Origin: Myxococcota bacterium
GTDB taxonomy: Bacteria; Myxococcota_A; UBA796; CAJQPC01
Direction of reading: 5' to 3'
Assembly: GCA_036229005.1 (NCBI GenBank)
Contig: JAZAMN010000009.1
Location: forward strand, 1-47,744
DNA: 47,744 nt
In this document: positions 1 through 9,671 of the stretch, piece after piece
Numbering within the stretch: position 1 is the first letter of the stretch
How the letters are laid out: each line of letters starts with the position of its first letter
Program-made: the position numbers and the translations under genes
The notes under the pieces: generated by a model
What the model was told of the DNA's origin: nothing
The model's database searches: none
What the model saw: only the letters and a program-made list of their open reading frames with translations

Positions 1-53
1 CCCCAGAGTCGGCTGCCCCCCCCGCCCCAGCCCACCACAACGTCATCGGCGGT

Positions 54-117
54 CCCCCGTCCCCGGTCCCCGGTCGCCGCCTCCCTGATACCCGACCCCT
101 GATACCCGATACCCGAC
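54..117. repeat. Short tandem heptamer repeats (ccccggt; ccctgat/acccgac/acccgat)
   Basis: 83-117 reads ccctgat-acccgac-ccctgat-acccgat-acccgac; 61-74 reads ccccggt-ccccggt; lies just beyond the stop of the first CDS. Confidence 0.7.
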
Positions 118-130
118 CCCGCCCCCGCAC

Positions 131-2125
131 TCACCGACAACACCGAAACCCATCATCCCCGTTCGTCGGCCCGTCCTTCTCGTGCGCGTGCCGGCTCGGG
201 CAGCCGTGCCCGTAGATGGCCACCCACATGGTCCCCCCGCGCAGCACCCGCAGGACCTCGGGGTCGTTGGGGTGTGGGTCGGCCACCCACTCGCTGACCT
301 TGCCCTCCAGGTCGTAGATCCCCCAGGCGCTCTGGCAGCCCGGGTGGTCCCCCGCCGGACTCAGCGCGTCGTGGTCCCCGACCTCCTCGCTGTCCTGACA
401 ACGCCCAGGTTCGTGGGTGTTGCCGTAGGGGTAGAAGCGCCCCAGCTCCCCGCTGCAGGCCCGCGCCCACTCGTCTTCCGTGCACAGGCGCTTGCCGGAG
501 GCCGCACAGATCTCCTCGGCTGCATCCCAGGTCACCCAAACCATGGGGAGCGCCCCCTGCTGGTTGGGGTAGGGATGGCGGTCCATGCAGAACCCAGCCG
601 TCTCCCTCCTCTTGATCGGCCGCGGCAGGTTCCAGGTCTCCTCCCAGTCCGCCGCCTGCACCTGCCCCTTGGTCGCCCCCAAGAAGAACACCCCGCCAGG
701 GACCGGCACCATGTCCGCAGGACAGTCCGGGAAAGGCTGCTTTCGACGCCAGATCCCCAGCGACCCCGCCCGGGCCGTCTGCTCCCAGCCCATGCTCAGC
801 GCCCGCTCGCTCATCTGCGCCAGCAGGGGGTCGTCGTCCATCAGCACCAGCGTGTCCACGGGCTCCAACCCGATGGGCCAGGCGCGCTCCCAGTGCGGCG
901 GCGGGTCCTCGTCCAGCAGCAGGTGGCTGGCGTTCCACAGCTCCTTGCGCCCCGAGAGCGCCGCGATCAGCCGGTAGTCGGTCGCCACCCGGTCGTCCGG
1001 GCCCACCCGCGCCAGCAAGGCCACCTCCTGCGCGTGCTCCGGGCTCTCCAGCACCGCCCGCTGGTCCGCGAGCCGCTGGTGGTGCCGCGTCCGCTCCCCC
1101 GGAAAGGCCGCCAGGTTGCCCACACACATGCCCACCCCCAGCACCCACGGGGCCCAGCTCCAGCGCGCCCCCGCCCGACTCGCCACCCAGGCCGCCCCCA
1201 ACGTCCCCGCCGCCGCCTGACAGGCCAACACCACCGAGCGCAGGTGCACATAGGGCCCCGTGAACAGCTCCCACTCCCGGGCCGCGTCCAGCCACAGAAA
1301 GCCCGCCGCCGGCGCCCCAATCAGCAAGGGCAGCCACCCCAGCGGCGCCAGCGCGTAGCCCGAAGCCAGCGACTGCCCCACAAAGCCCCAGCGCGCCTGC
1401 ACCAGCTCGGTGGGCGGCTCCGTGATGGTGCCCGCGTAGGTGCTGGGGTCGAAGTGGAAGAAGAGGTTGCCCTTGAAGCCCCACAGGAGGGCAAACCACC
1501 CGGCCCCGATGGCCGCCACAGACAGCCCCTTACGCCAGTCCACAAGCGAGGTCACCAGTCCCGCAAAGACCAGCAGGTACGCCGACTCCTCCCGCGCCAG
1601 AACCGCCAGGACGGCCCCCGCCAGCAGAGGCCCCCAGCGCCGCGTCCACGCCCCCAGCGCCAGCCACGCAAAGGCCGGCACCAAGAGCGCCATCGGCCGA
1701 AAGTCGGCCTGCGCCGCCGACAGCGTAGGCATGTAGAGCAGGTAGGCCAGCCCCGCCAGCGCCCCGAAGCCCGCGTGCTTGGAGACCCGCGCGCCCAGCA
1801 GCCCCAGGGGGATCGCCGCGCTCGCCACCATCGCCGCGTTCACGACCAGCAGCACCCCCGGCCCGTCAAAGGCCCACACCAGCGGCCCCAGCAGCACCAG
1901 CATCGGCGAGAAGTGCACCATCTGCAGCAGGCCCTGGGGCTCCAGCAGCAGGTGGCTCGCCCAGGGGCCGCCGTGGGTCCCCGACCACAAGATCTGGTGG
2001 AAGAAGGCCAGGTCCTGCGACCACTGGCTGTCGTACACCGCCAGGGCCAGGAGCTGCGCGCGACTCCACAGCACCGTCGCCACCAGCGAGGACAACAGCA
2101 GCAGGGGGAGCAGGGCGCGCTTCAC
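131..2125 (-). CDS. DUF2079-like polytopic membrane protein (GT-C-like) fused to C-terminal FGE-sulfatase (SUMF1/EgtB/PvdO) domain
   Basis: N-terminal DLAFFHQILWS...HFSPMLVLLGPL, DFRP and AREE motifs with many TM segments; C-terminal CPADMVPVPGG...GKRLCTEDEW..AC...YPYG...GIYDLEGKVSEWV...RGG...GFRCC. GTG start chosen at MKRALLPLLLL, downstream of the upstream gene's stop. Confidence 0.8.
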   Translation of the reverse strand: MKRALLPLLLLSSLVATVLWSRAQLLALAVYDSQWSQDLAFFHQILWSGTHGGPWASHLLLEPQGLLQMVHFSPMLVLLGPLVWAFDGPGVLLVVNAAMVASAAIPLGLLGARVSKHAGFGALAGLAYLLYMPTLSAAQADFRPMALLVPAFAWLALGAWTRRWGPLLAGAVLAVLAREESAYLLVFAGLVTSLVDWRKGLSVAAIGAGWFALLWGFKGNLFFHFDPSTYAGTITEPPTELVQARWGFVGQSLASGYALAPLGWLPLLIGAPAAGFLWLDAAREWELFTGPYVHLRSVVLACQAAAGTLGAAWVASRAGARWSWAPWVLGVGMCVGNLAAFPGERTRHHQRLADQRAVLESPEHAQEVALLARVGPDDRVATDYRLIAALSGRKELWNASHLLLDEDPPPHWERAWPIGLEPVDTLVLMDDDPLLAQMSERALSMGWEQTARAGSLGIWRRKQPFPDCPADMVPVPGGVFFLGATKGQVQAADWEETWNLPRPIKRRETAGFCMDRHPYPNQQGALPMVWVTWDAAEEICAASGKRLCTEDEWARACSGELGRFYPYGNTHEPGRCQDSEEVGDHDALSPAGDHPGCQSAWGIYDLEGKVSEWVADPHPNDPEVLRVLRGGTMWVAIYGHGCPSRHAHEKDGPTNGDDGFRCCR

Positions 2126-2153
2126 GACCGGCAGTGTACGCCGCCGAGCAGGC

Positions 2154-5100
2154 TCACCCCTTCTTGGTGCGCTCCAGGATCTCGGTGACCATGGTGATGA
2201 GCTGCGCCCCGGTGAAGGGCTTCTCCAGGAAGTTGTGGGCGTTGAGCTCCCAGGCGGCGTTCCGGATGCCGGCGTGGTCGGCGTACCCGGACATGAACAG
2301 CACGGGGACCGCATCCTGGAGCTGGTGCAGGCGCTCCACCAGGGTGGGGCCGTTCATCTCCGGCATCAGGACGTCGGTGATCAAGAGATCCGGAGCGCCG
2401 TTCTCCTGGACCCACTCCAGCGCCTCAGCGCCGCTGGCGAAGCTGAACACCGAGAACCCGTGGGCCTCCAACTGGCGACCGGTGGCCCGCAGGATCCCGG
2501 GCTCATCGTCCACAAGCAGCAGCCGACCCCGCTCCGCACCGATCTCGGCGTCCGAGAGGTCCAAGGGCTCCTCATCACGCTGGTGGGCGGGGAGCTGGAC
2601 GTAGAATTGGGCCCCCTGTCCGAGCTCCGACTCCACCCACATGTCGCCACCCGACTGCTGGACAAAGCCCCGGCTGCTGGCCAGCCCCAGCCCCGTGCCC
2701 AAGCCCTTGGGCTGGGTGGAGAAGAAGGGCTCAAAGCAGCGCTCAGCCACCTCGGGCAGCATCCCCGGGCCGTCATCGCTGAACACGAGCTGCACCCGCC
2801 ATGGTGCGTCATCTCGGAAGATATTGGCGCAGTCCAGCCGCACGCTCCCCGGCTCCGAACCCAGGGCATTCCTGGCGTTCGTGGCCAGGTTCACCAGAGT
2901 CTGCTCCAGCGCAGTGGGGTCAACGCGCACCCACCACAGATCGGGAGGGAGCTCCAGCGTCAGGTGCACGTTGGGGCCCAGGATGGTCTGCAGGATGGGC
3001 CGCAGCCGGTGCAGCAGGCGGGTGAGCTGAACCGACTTGGGCGACATCGGCCGGCGCTTGGAGTAGCTCAAGAGCTGGGCCACCAGATCCGCCGCCCGGT
3101 TGGCGGCCTGGCTGATCGCCTCGATGTCTTCGGCCTCGCAGTCCTCTTCACCCTGCCCCAGGGTGTTGGTGGTGAGCAGGATGACCCCCAACAGGTTGTT
3201 CAGGTCGTGGGCCACGCTCCCCGCGACCTCGCCGACCGAGTGCATGCGACGCGCAGCCTCCTGACGCTCCTGGGTGGCGCGCTCGATGGTCACATCCTCG
3301 AACAGCACCATGACCGTGCCCATGGGTCCCGGAGACAAGACGCGGCGCAGCCAGCGCGGCGAGGTCCGGGGGTCCCGGTACTCAAAGATGGTGGTCTGCG
3401 CGGCCTTGGTGTCCAGGACCTCCTTGAAGGCGCCAAAGAGCCCCTGCTCCAGCGAGGGCTGGAAGGCCTCCGCGGCGGTCTTGCCCACCACCTGAGCGTT
3501 CATGATGCCCGAGACCTTCCCGGAGGCCGGGTTCACGTAGAGGAGCCGGAAGGAGCCCAGGTCGCTCGGGTCCTCCAGCTTCCAGATGGCAACCCCCAGG
3601 GCCAGGCTGTCCAGAGCCGAACGCTGGATGTCGGCCTGGTGCTGGACATCCCGCAGCGCGGTCAGGTCCACAAAGCTCAGCACCACCCCGTCCAGCTCAC
3701 CGGCGACCCGGTAGGGGCGCGCCTGAAGCAGGAAGGTGTCTCCATCGGGCGTCACGGTCTCCCGGTCTTGGCTCTTCCCTTCCGCCGCGACCTGCCTTGC
3801 CAACTGCAAGGCCTTCTTCTGCACCCCGGTGACGCAGAGGTCTCCGAGCGGCCGCCCCTCGTCCCCGGGGAGCAGGTTGAAGACCCGCCCGGAGCCGTGG
3901 ATGAAGCGGCGGATGCGCAGCCGCCCATCCAGGAACACCACCGCGGTGGAGATGGACTCCACCAGGTTCTCCAGATCGCTGGTGAGGCTGAGGAGCTCGG
4001 CGTTCTTCTCCCGGTACTCCCCGTTGACGGTGTGCAGCTCCTCGTTCACGGACTGCAGCTCCTCGTTCGTGGACTGCAGCTCCTCGTTCGCCGCAACCAG
4101 CTCCTCGTTGGCGGCTTGCAGCTCCTCGTTCGAGCTCTCCGCCTCCTCCATCGCAGCCTGAAGAGACTCGCGGGTCCAGGAGAGCTCCTGCTCAAGAGCG
4201 TAGTTGTGCCCTTCCTCCACCCGCACCAGGGCCGACGCGGCAGACTCTCGGGCTGGCGGCTCCCCAAAGGTCACCAAGAACGCGGTCTCGCCCCCGCCGA
4301 GCTCCAGGGCCTCGACCCTGAGCTCCATGGACTCGCCGTCCAGCAGGAAGCTCGCCCGGGTAGGCTCTCCGGCCTCCTCCGTACGGAAGAGGCCGGCGCC
4401 CAGAGGCCCCCGCATCCCGTCGGGGACCAGCTCCAGGACGTTGAGAGATGGGCGTCCAGCCCGAGCCACCAAGAGCCGGCTTCCTTCGCCCAGGACATGC
4501 AGGAGCTGACGTCGGTTATCGACCAACAAGCCTGCGGGGGCATAGCGCTTCAAGAGTGCGTCGTAGGCCTTGAACTGAGGCACCCGGGGGAGTGAGACCC
4601 CAGCAGGGGAATGCTCGGTGTGTACCCGTCGCGGCACGGAGGAGGGCGCGTAGTTTCCGCTGGCTCGGACCTTCCGGAAGAGCTTCCAGCGGGCGTCCAC
4701 CGGCTCCAGGTCCCGCAAGAACTCACCGGGAGATTCGCTCGGCCCCAGAAAGAGCAGGCCCCCTGGGTTCATCGCAAAGACCAGTCGCGACAGCGCCAGG
4801 CGCTGGCCGGCGTTGTTGAAGTAGATGAGCAGGTTCCGACAGGAGACCAGATCCACCCGCGAGAAGGGCGGATCCCGCAGCAGGTCGTGCGTCGCGAACA
4901 CCACGCTGTCCCGCAGGTACTTGCGCACCCTGTAGCCCCCGTCGACGGGGACAAAGTAGCGCTGCAGGCGCTCCGGAGAGAGCCCAGCGACCGCCTCTGC
5001 GGCGTAGAAGCCTGTGGACGCGATCCGAATGGACTGCTGGTGCAGGTCTGTCGCGAAGACCTTGACGTCCTGCGTGTCGTCAGCGTTCTCGTGCAGCACC

Positions 5101-6065
5101 ATGGCGATGGAGTAGGCCTCTTCTCCCGTGGCGCAGGCGGGCACCCAAGCCCGGATCTCGTCCCGGCCCCGGACCAGTTGGAGGGCGACATTCTCGGCCA
5201 GGGCTTGGAAGGCCTCTTCGTCCCGAAAGTAGCGGGTCACGCCGATCAGCAGGTTGTAGTAGAGCCGCTCCAGCTCGTCCGGGTCCTCCTGGAGCTTGGC
5301 CAGGTAGGCCTCCATGCTGTCCAGACCCATCAGGTCTGCCCGCCGCTCGATGCGCCGACCGACGGTCCCCTCCTTGTACAGGTCAAGCTGCAGACCGTGG
5401 GCCTCGGTGAGCAGCCGGCGGATGCTGGTCTGGGTGTCCTCGCTGGGACCAACCCATCCAGACTGATCCGGCGACATGGGCGAGGCGATGTGCTCCTCCA
5501 GGGCAGCCCCGATCTCCTTGGGCGGCAGGACCAGGTTGCAGATGGTGGCCCGCAGCGCCGCGTCCGGCATGCCCTCGAACTGGGCGGTCCCCGGCCGCTG
5601 CACCACGGTCAGGCCACCGGCCTCATGGATGGCCTTGAGTCCGCGGGAGCCGTCCGAGCCCGTGCCCGAGAGCACCACCCCCATGGCCTGCACGCCGTGC
5701 TCAGCCGCCAACGAGCGAAAGAGCACGTCGATGGGAAAGTGCGGGCCGCGCTGCCCCTGCTGCTTGGGCCAGGGAGTCAGGGCCAGATGGCCGTCCTTGA
5801 CCTCCAGGTCGGACTCGGGGCGGTTGAGGTAGACCGTGTCCGGCTCCACCACCATGTCCTGCTCGGCGACCACCACCCGCAGCCGGGTCTTCTTGGTCAG
5901 CAGCTCGTTCATCACCGACTGGAAGTGCGGCGAGAGGTGCTGGATCACCACAAAGGCCAGCTTGCCGTTGGGCTGGATCGGAGCGAACAGCTCCGTCAGC
6001 GCCTCCAGTCCCCCCGCCGAAGCTCCGATCCCCGCGACCCGAAAGGATGGCGTGATTTGCGACAT
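2154..6065 (-). CDS. CheB methylesterase-CheR methyltransferase-PAS-histidine kinase-receiver hybrid
   Basis: GIGASAGGLEAL, IQHL, LSGTGSDG (CheB); IGVTRYFRD, CATGEEAYS, SCRNLLIYF (CheR); NEELQS coiled coil; PAS; AHDLNNLL H-box, NLATNARNA, DDGPG, GTGLGL; C-terminal LLVDDE...LITD...FLEKPF receiver. Confidence 0.92.
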   Translation of the reverse strand: MSQITPSFRVAGIGASAGGLEALTELFAPIQPNGKLAFVVIQHLSPHFQSVMNELLTKKTRLRVVVAEQDMVVEPDTVYLNRPESDLEVKDGHLALTPWPKQQGQRGPHFPIDVLFRSLAAEHGVQAMGVVLSGTGSDGSRGLKAIHEAGGLTVVQRPGTAQFEGMPDAALRATICNLVLPPKEIGAALEEHIASPMSPDQSGWVGPSEDTQTSIRRLLTEAHGLQLDLYKEGTVGRRIERRADLMGLDSMEAYLAKLQEDPDELERLYYNLLIGVTRYFRDEEAFQALAENVALQLVRGRDEIRAWVPACATGEEAYSIAMVLHENADDTQDVKVFATDLHQQSIRIASTGFYAAEAVAGLSPERLQRYFVPVDGGYRVRKYLRDSVVFATHDLLRDPPFSRVDLVSCRNLLIYFNNAGQRLALSRLVFAMNPGGLLFLGPSESPGEFLRDLEPVDARWKLFRKVRASGNYAPSSVPRRVHTEHSPAGVSLPRVPQFKAYDALLKRYAPAGLLVDNRRQLLHVLGEGSRLLVARAGRPSLNVLELVPDGMRGPLGAGLFRTEEAGEPTRASFLLDGESMELRVEALELGGGETAFLVTFGEPPARESAASALVRVEEGHNYALEQELSWTRESLQAAMEEAESSNEELQAANEELVAANEELQSTNEELQSVNEELHTVNGEYREKNAELLSLTSDLENLVESISTAVVFLDGRLRIRRFIHGSGRVFNLLPGDEGRPLGDLCVTGVQKKALQLARQVAAEGKSQDRETVTPDGDTFLLQARPYRVAGELDGVVLSFVDLTALRDVQHQADIQRSALDSLALGVAIWKLEDPSDLGSFRLLYVNPASGKVSGIMNAQVVGKTAAEAFQPSLEQGLFGAFKEVLDTKAAQTTIFEYRDPRTSPRWLRRVLSPGPMGTVMVLFEDVTIERATQERQEAARRMHSVGEVAGSVAHDLNNLLGVILLTTNTLGQGEEDCEAEDIEAISQAANRAADLVAQLLSYSKRRPMSPKSVQLTRLLHRLRPILQTILGPNVHLTLELPPDLWWVRVDPTALEQTLVNLATNARNALGSEPGSVRLDCANIFRDDAPWRVQLVFSDDGPGMLPEVAERCFEPFFSTQPKGLGTGLGLASSRGFVQQSGGDMWVESELGQGAQFYVQLPAHQRDEEPLDLSDAEIGAERGRLLLVDDEPGILRATGRQLEAHGFSVFSFASGAEALEWVQENGAPDLLITDVLMPEMNGPTLVERLHQLQDAVPVLFMSGYADHAGIRNAAWELNAHNFLEKPFTGAQLITMVTEILERTKKG

Positions 6066-6084
6066 TTCCCTCGTCCTTTGGGCA

Positions 6085-6109
6085 ATGATAGCACAGGCTC
6101 TACGCCTGT
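6085..6109 (-). promoter_or_regulatory. Possible extended -10 promoter (TGcTATCAT) with adjacent inverted repeat acaggc-N5-gcctgt
   Basis: Minus strand reads acaggcgtagagcctgtgctatcat about 20 nt upstream of the ATG at 6065; no good -35 seen. Confidence 0.35.
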
Positions 6110-6190
6110 TTTGAGCCCAAGCCAACAACACGACCAGGGCCCAGGGGCCAAAGCCCAGCTATCACGCCCGCATCCACGGACCAGCGGGGC

Positions 6191-6865
6191 TCACTCCACC
6201 GTGGGAACGTCCCAGCCCCGCTGCACGGCGGGCCGCTCGCGGAAGCGCGCCATCCACGCGCTGACGTTCTGGAAGCTGTCCATCTCCAGGACCTCTTGGG
6301 CGCCGTACCACTCCAGGCCGGCGATCCAGGGGGCGATGGCGATGTCGGCGATGCTGTAATCATCGACCAGCCAGTCCCGGCCCTCCAGGCGCTGGTCGAG
6401 CACCCCCAGCAGGCGCTTGGACTCGGCGCCGTAGCGCTCTTGGCCGTAGCTGTCCGTCTTGCCCTTGGCGAACTTGAAGAAGTGCCCGAACTGCCCGAAC
6501 ATCGGGCCGATGTGCCCGACCTGGAAGAACAGCCACTGCAGGACCTGGTTCTCGCCGACGGGGTCGGTGGGCATCAGCTTGCCGGTCTTGCGCGCCAGGT
6601 AGTGCAGGATGGCCCCGGACTCCATGATGGAGACGGGCCCGCCTTCGGGGCCGCTGGGGTCCACGATGACGGGGATCTTGCCGTTGGGCGAGAGCCGCAG
6701 GTAGTCCGCGTCGGACTGGTGGCCCTTGAGGATGTGCACCAGGTGGGGCTCGTAGGGAAGCTCCAGCTCCTCCAGGGCGATGGCGACCTTCCGCCCGTTG
6801 GGGGTGGGGAAGCTGTAGAGCTGGATGCGCTCGGGGTGCTGGATCTCAAAGCGGCTGGGGTACAT
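6191..6865 (-). CDS. Glutathione S-transferase, YfcG/nu-class (GSH-dependent disulfide oxidoreductase)
   Basis: LYSFPTPNGRKV, SPNGKIP, ESGAIL, QWLFFQ..GPMFGQ, YSIADIA motifs; RBS aggagg upstream of ATG 6865. Confidence 0.9.
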   Translation of the reverse strand: MYPSRFEIQHPERIQLYSFPTPNGRKVAIALEELELPYEPHLVHILKGHQSDADYLRLSPNGKIPVIVDPSGPEGGPVSIMESGAILHYLARKTGKLMPTDPVGENQVLQWLFFQVGHIGPMFGQFGHFFKFAKGKTDSYGQERYGAESKRLLGVLDQRLEGRDWLVDDYSIADIAIAPWIAGLEWYGAQEVLEMDSFQNVSAWMARFRERPAVQRGWDVPTVE

Positions 6866-6924
6866 GGAGCCTCCTGTGGCGGGCCATAGCTCCACACGCC
6901 CCGGCCCATCGCCAAGGGGCCAAT

Positions 6925-6961
6925 CCCGGGACAGCCGCGACCGCTACCCGGGACAGCCGCG
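6925..6961. repeat. Perfect 15-bp direct repeat cccgggacagccgcg x2 (22-bp period)
   Basis: Copies at 6925-6939 and 6947-6961 in the spacer upstream of the GST gene. Confidence 0.8.
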
Positions 6962-6966
6962 CGCGC

Positions 6967-8031
6967 TCAGAGCCCGAGCTGCCCGACCAGCAGCTCCAGG
7001 AAGCGCTCGGGGTGCTCCAGGTGGGGGCTGTGGCCGCACTCGGGGAGCACGACCTCGTCCACGACGTTGCCCTTGGAGGCGTAGGCGTCGAGCACCGCGC
7101 GGGTCTGCGCGATCATGGGCTGGGCGGGGTAGGCGTCTTCTCCCGGCCACCCGGGGACGGCGCCGAGCTGGCCCAGAAAGCCCAGGTCAAAGAGGCTGGT
7201 GTCGGAGACGATCTGGTCGTCGGCGCCGCGGATCCACAGGACCTTGGGGCCGTCGGCGATCTGCCCGAAGGCGTCCAGGCGGCAGTACTTGCCGGAGATG
7301 GCGTTGTTGGTGCCGGTGGTGCCGGGGGCCACGGCGGGCCAGGTCTCGGTGCCGTTCAGATCGCCCGGGTAGAACTCGACGCCGGTCTTGGTGTCGCACA
7401 TGGCCGCGGTGTAGGCGTCCTCGATCTCCTGGGAGAAGCGCAGGGGCGGCTTGACGTAGAAGTTCCGCAGGATGTTGCGCGGGCTGGTGTCCGCGTCCTC
7501 GCTCATGTCCTTCTCGCCCAGGCGCTTGGCGAAGTCCGGGTTGGCGGTGCCGCCGCCGGTGCCCGACCAGGCGTCGTTGGTGGGGGCGCCTTCCGGGCCC
7601 TTGGTGCCGCCGAATCCGTAGGGAGACATGGGCGCCTCCAGGGTCAGCGAGGCGATGCCGTCGGGCCGGTCGATGGCCATCTGCATGAGCACGCCGCCGC
7701 CCACGGACCAGCCGACCAGGTGCACGGGGCGCTCCTCGTTGCCGACGCCCACAGCGTCCAGGAAGGCCCACAGGTCATCGGCGAAGTCCTTGACCCCGCG
7801 GGTGCCGTCGATGCCCTTGGCCTCGGAGTGGCCGTAGCCGCGTAGGTCGGGGGCGTAGGCGCGCACGCTGGCCGGGAGCTGGGCCATCAGCTCGGCGTAG
7901 AAGCGGCCGGAGGACACGTTGCCGTGCACCAACACCACGGGGACGCCGTCTTCGGAGCCGGAGACCAGCGTGTGGGTGTCCAGGCGGGGGGTCTGGACAC
8001 GGATCGAGGTGACACCATCGGGCAGAGACAT
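6967..8031 (-). CDS. Alpha/beta fold hydrolase (esterase; resembles Bacillus-type intracellular PHB depolymerase-like family)
   Basis: LVHGNVSS, APDLRGYG, nucleophile elbow GWSVGG, GADDQIV, CGHSPHLE; RBS aaggaagg before ATG 8031. Confidence 0.85.
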   Translation of the reverse strand: MSLPDGVTSIRVQTPRLDTHTLVSGSEDGVPVVLVHGNVSSGRFYAELMAQLPASVRAYAPDLRGYGHSEAKGIDGTRGVKDFADDLWAFLDAVGVGNEERPVHLVGWSVGGGVLMQMAIDRPDGIASLTLEAPMSPYGFGGTKGPEGAPTNDAWSGTGGGTANPDFAKRLGEKDMSEDADTSPRNILRNFYVKPPLRFSQEIEDAYTAAMCDTKTGVEFYPGDLNGTETWPAVAPGTTGTNNAISGKYCRLDAFGQIADGPKVLWIRGADDQIVSDTSLFDLGFLGQLGAVPGWPGEDAYPAQPMIAQTRAVLDAYASKGNVVDEVVLPECGHSPHLEHPERFLELLVGQLGL

Positions 8032-8084
8032 ACAGGTCCTTCCTTGTCTTGGGACCGTGTTTTCCCACCCCCAGCGGTGGCCCG

Positions 8085-9671
8085 TCAAGGGGCCCCGGAG
8101 TGGGATTCACCGTCTCTCTCTGGGAGGTCGAGGGGGAAGCGCAGCGACACGCAGGTCCCGGGCCCACCGCTGGACTCCAGCTCCCCCCGAAGCTGCGCAG
8201 TCAGATTCTCCACAAGCGAGGTCCCCAGTCCCTTTCCTCGCTTGGGACTTGTTGTCTCCGGGGCGCCGACCCCATCATCCCGGACCCGGAGGTGTACCCA
8301 CCCGTCCTGTACACCAAGGTCCACCTCGACCCTCCCCTCTCGGCCATCGGGGAACGCGTGCTTGAGGGCGTTGGTGATCAGCTCGTTGAGGATCAGGGCG
8401 CAGGGCACCGCCTGGACCAGCGACATGGGCACGTGGTTCAGCTCCAAGTGCAGCCCCACGTTGGCGTGCCCCATGCCGGCCATGACCCGGTCACAGAGGC
8501 CCTGGGCGAAGCGGTCCATGGGGATCGCGCCGTGGTCCTTGGAGCTGTAGAGGAGCTGGTGGATCTCGGAGATGCTCTGGATGCGCTGCTGGCTGGCGGC
8601 GAGGGCAGCCTTGGCGGCGGGATCCTGCACCTGGGCGGCCTGTAGGCGCAGCAGGGAGGCGACGACGGCCAGGTTGTTCTTGACCCGGTGGTGTACCTCC
8701 CGGATGAGCACGTCCCGCTCGTGCACCGAGCGCTGCAGGGACTCGGTGCGTTGGAGGACGCGGGCCTCGAGCTCGGCGTTCAGATCGGCGAGCTCGGCGA
8801 TGGCCTGGGCCTGGGCGGCCTCGGCTTGCTGGCGGCGGCGCTCATCGGCGGCGAGGCGCCGGGCGCCGCGGAGCAACACCAGCACCAGGGTGAGGGCCAG
8901 CACAGTCATGAAGACCGCGTCGGAGAGGCCCGGAGAGATCCACCCCTGGCCCTCCAAGGCCCCGGTCACCACCCGCGCAGCGGGCAACAGGACCGCGGCA
9001 GCGAGCAGGGTGCCCCGCAGGAAATCGGCGCTCTGGGTGTCCGAGAGCAGGAGGCGCATCACCCCTTGGTCGGGCTTCGCGGAGAAGTACGCGAGGGTCC
9101 CGAGCAGGAAGCCCGCGGTGGTGTGCAGGGCCATGGACTGGAAGGGGCCCAAGGCGTAGAGCGCCGTCGGGGAGGTCGCGTACCCGGAGAGCGCGAGCAG
9201 GGAGAGCCCGCCAGCGGTGCCCGCCAGGACGTCCCCCAGCCGGAAGCCTCGGACCGGGAGGCCCTGGAGCAGGCGGGCGGTGGCCAGCAGCCAGAAGAGC
9301 CACGCGGTCGCGGGCGAGGGCCGACCCGGAGGAGCCCCCTGGGTGTAGGGATCGGCAGCCAGGAGCTGATCCAGACCCAGATCAAGGTCCAGCAGCCACT
9401 CCGCGCTGGTGCCCGCGGCGATCAGCGCCACCGCGATCCCCACCGCGACGGAGAGACGGCGCGTCCGGGGGTGGTCGGCCAGCAAGCCCATGGCGCCCAG
9501 TCCAGCGAGCATCACGGCGGTGTTGGCCTTCATGGAGGCCAGGCTGGGGTGCAGGCGGGTGAGCCCTTCGATCTGTAGCCACCAAGCCACCAGCACCAGA
9601 GCGCCGACCAGGGTCATCAGGCCGGAGACCAGCAGCGAGGTCCGCCGCACCGCCTGCGCCCGAGACGTCAC
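8085..9671 (-). CDS. Membrane sensor histidine kinase, HisKA_2 family
   Basis: Multi-TM N-terminus (MKANTA, MALHTT); H-box EVHHRVKNNL; NELITNALKHAF, DDGVG, GLGTSLV; GTGA overlap with upstream stop. Confidence 0.9.
   Translation of the reverse strand: MTSRAQAVRRTSLLVSGLMTLVGALVLVAWWLQIEGLTRLHPSLASMKANTAVMLAGLGAMGLLADHPRTRRLSVAVGIAVALIAAGTSAEWLLDLDLGLDQLLAADPYTQGAPPGRPSPATAWLFWLLATARLLQGLPVRGFRLGDVLAGTAGGLSLLALSGYATSPTALYALGPFQSMALHTTAGFLLGTLAYFSAKPDQGVMRLLLSDTQSADFLRGTLLAAAVLLPAARVVTGALEGQGWISPGLSDAVFMTVLALTLVLVLLRGARRLAADERRRQQAEAAQAQAIAELADLNAELEARVLQRTESLQRSVHERDVLIREVHHRVKNNLAVVASLLRLQAAQVQDPAAKAALAASQQRIQSISEIHQLLYSSKDHGAIPMDRFAQGLCDRVMAGMGHANVGLHLELNHVPMSLVQAVPCALILNELITNALKHAFPDGREGRVEVDLGVQDGWVHLRVRDDGVGAPETTSPKRGKGLGTSLVENLTAQLRGELESSGGPGTCVSLRFPLDLPERDGESHSGAP

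Noticed and set aside
4030..4135. 21-bp periodic DNA repeats (gcagctcctcgtt)
   Set aside because: They encode the NEELQS coiled coil typical of CheB-CheR fusions; no unique spacers, so not CRISPR.
182..6359. Long plus-strand ORFs (668, 938 and 582 aa) and similar antisense ORFs across the window
   Set aside because: Shadow ORFs opposite well-supported genes; expected in high-GC DNA and lacking recognisable motifs.
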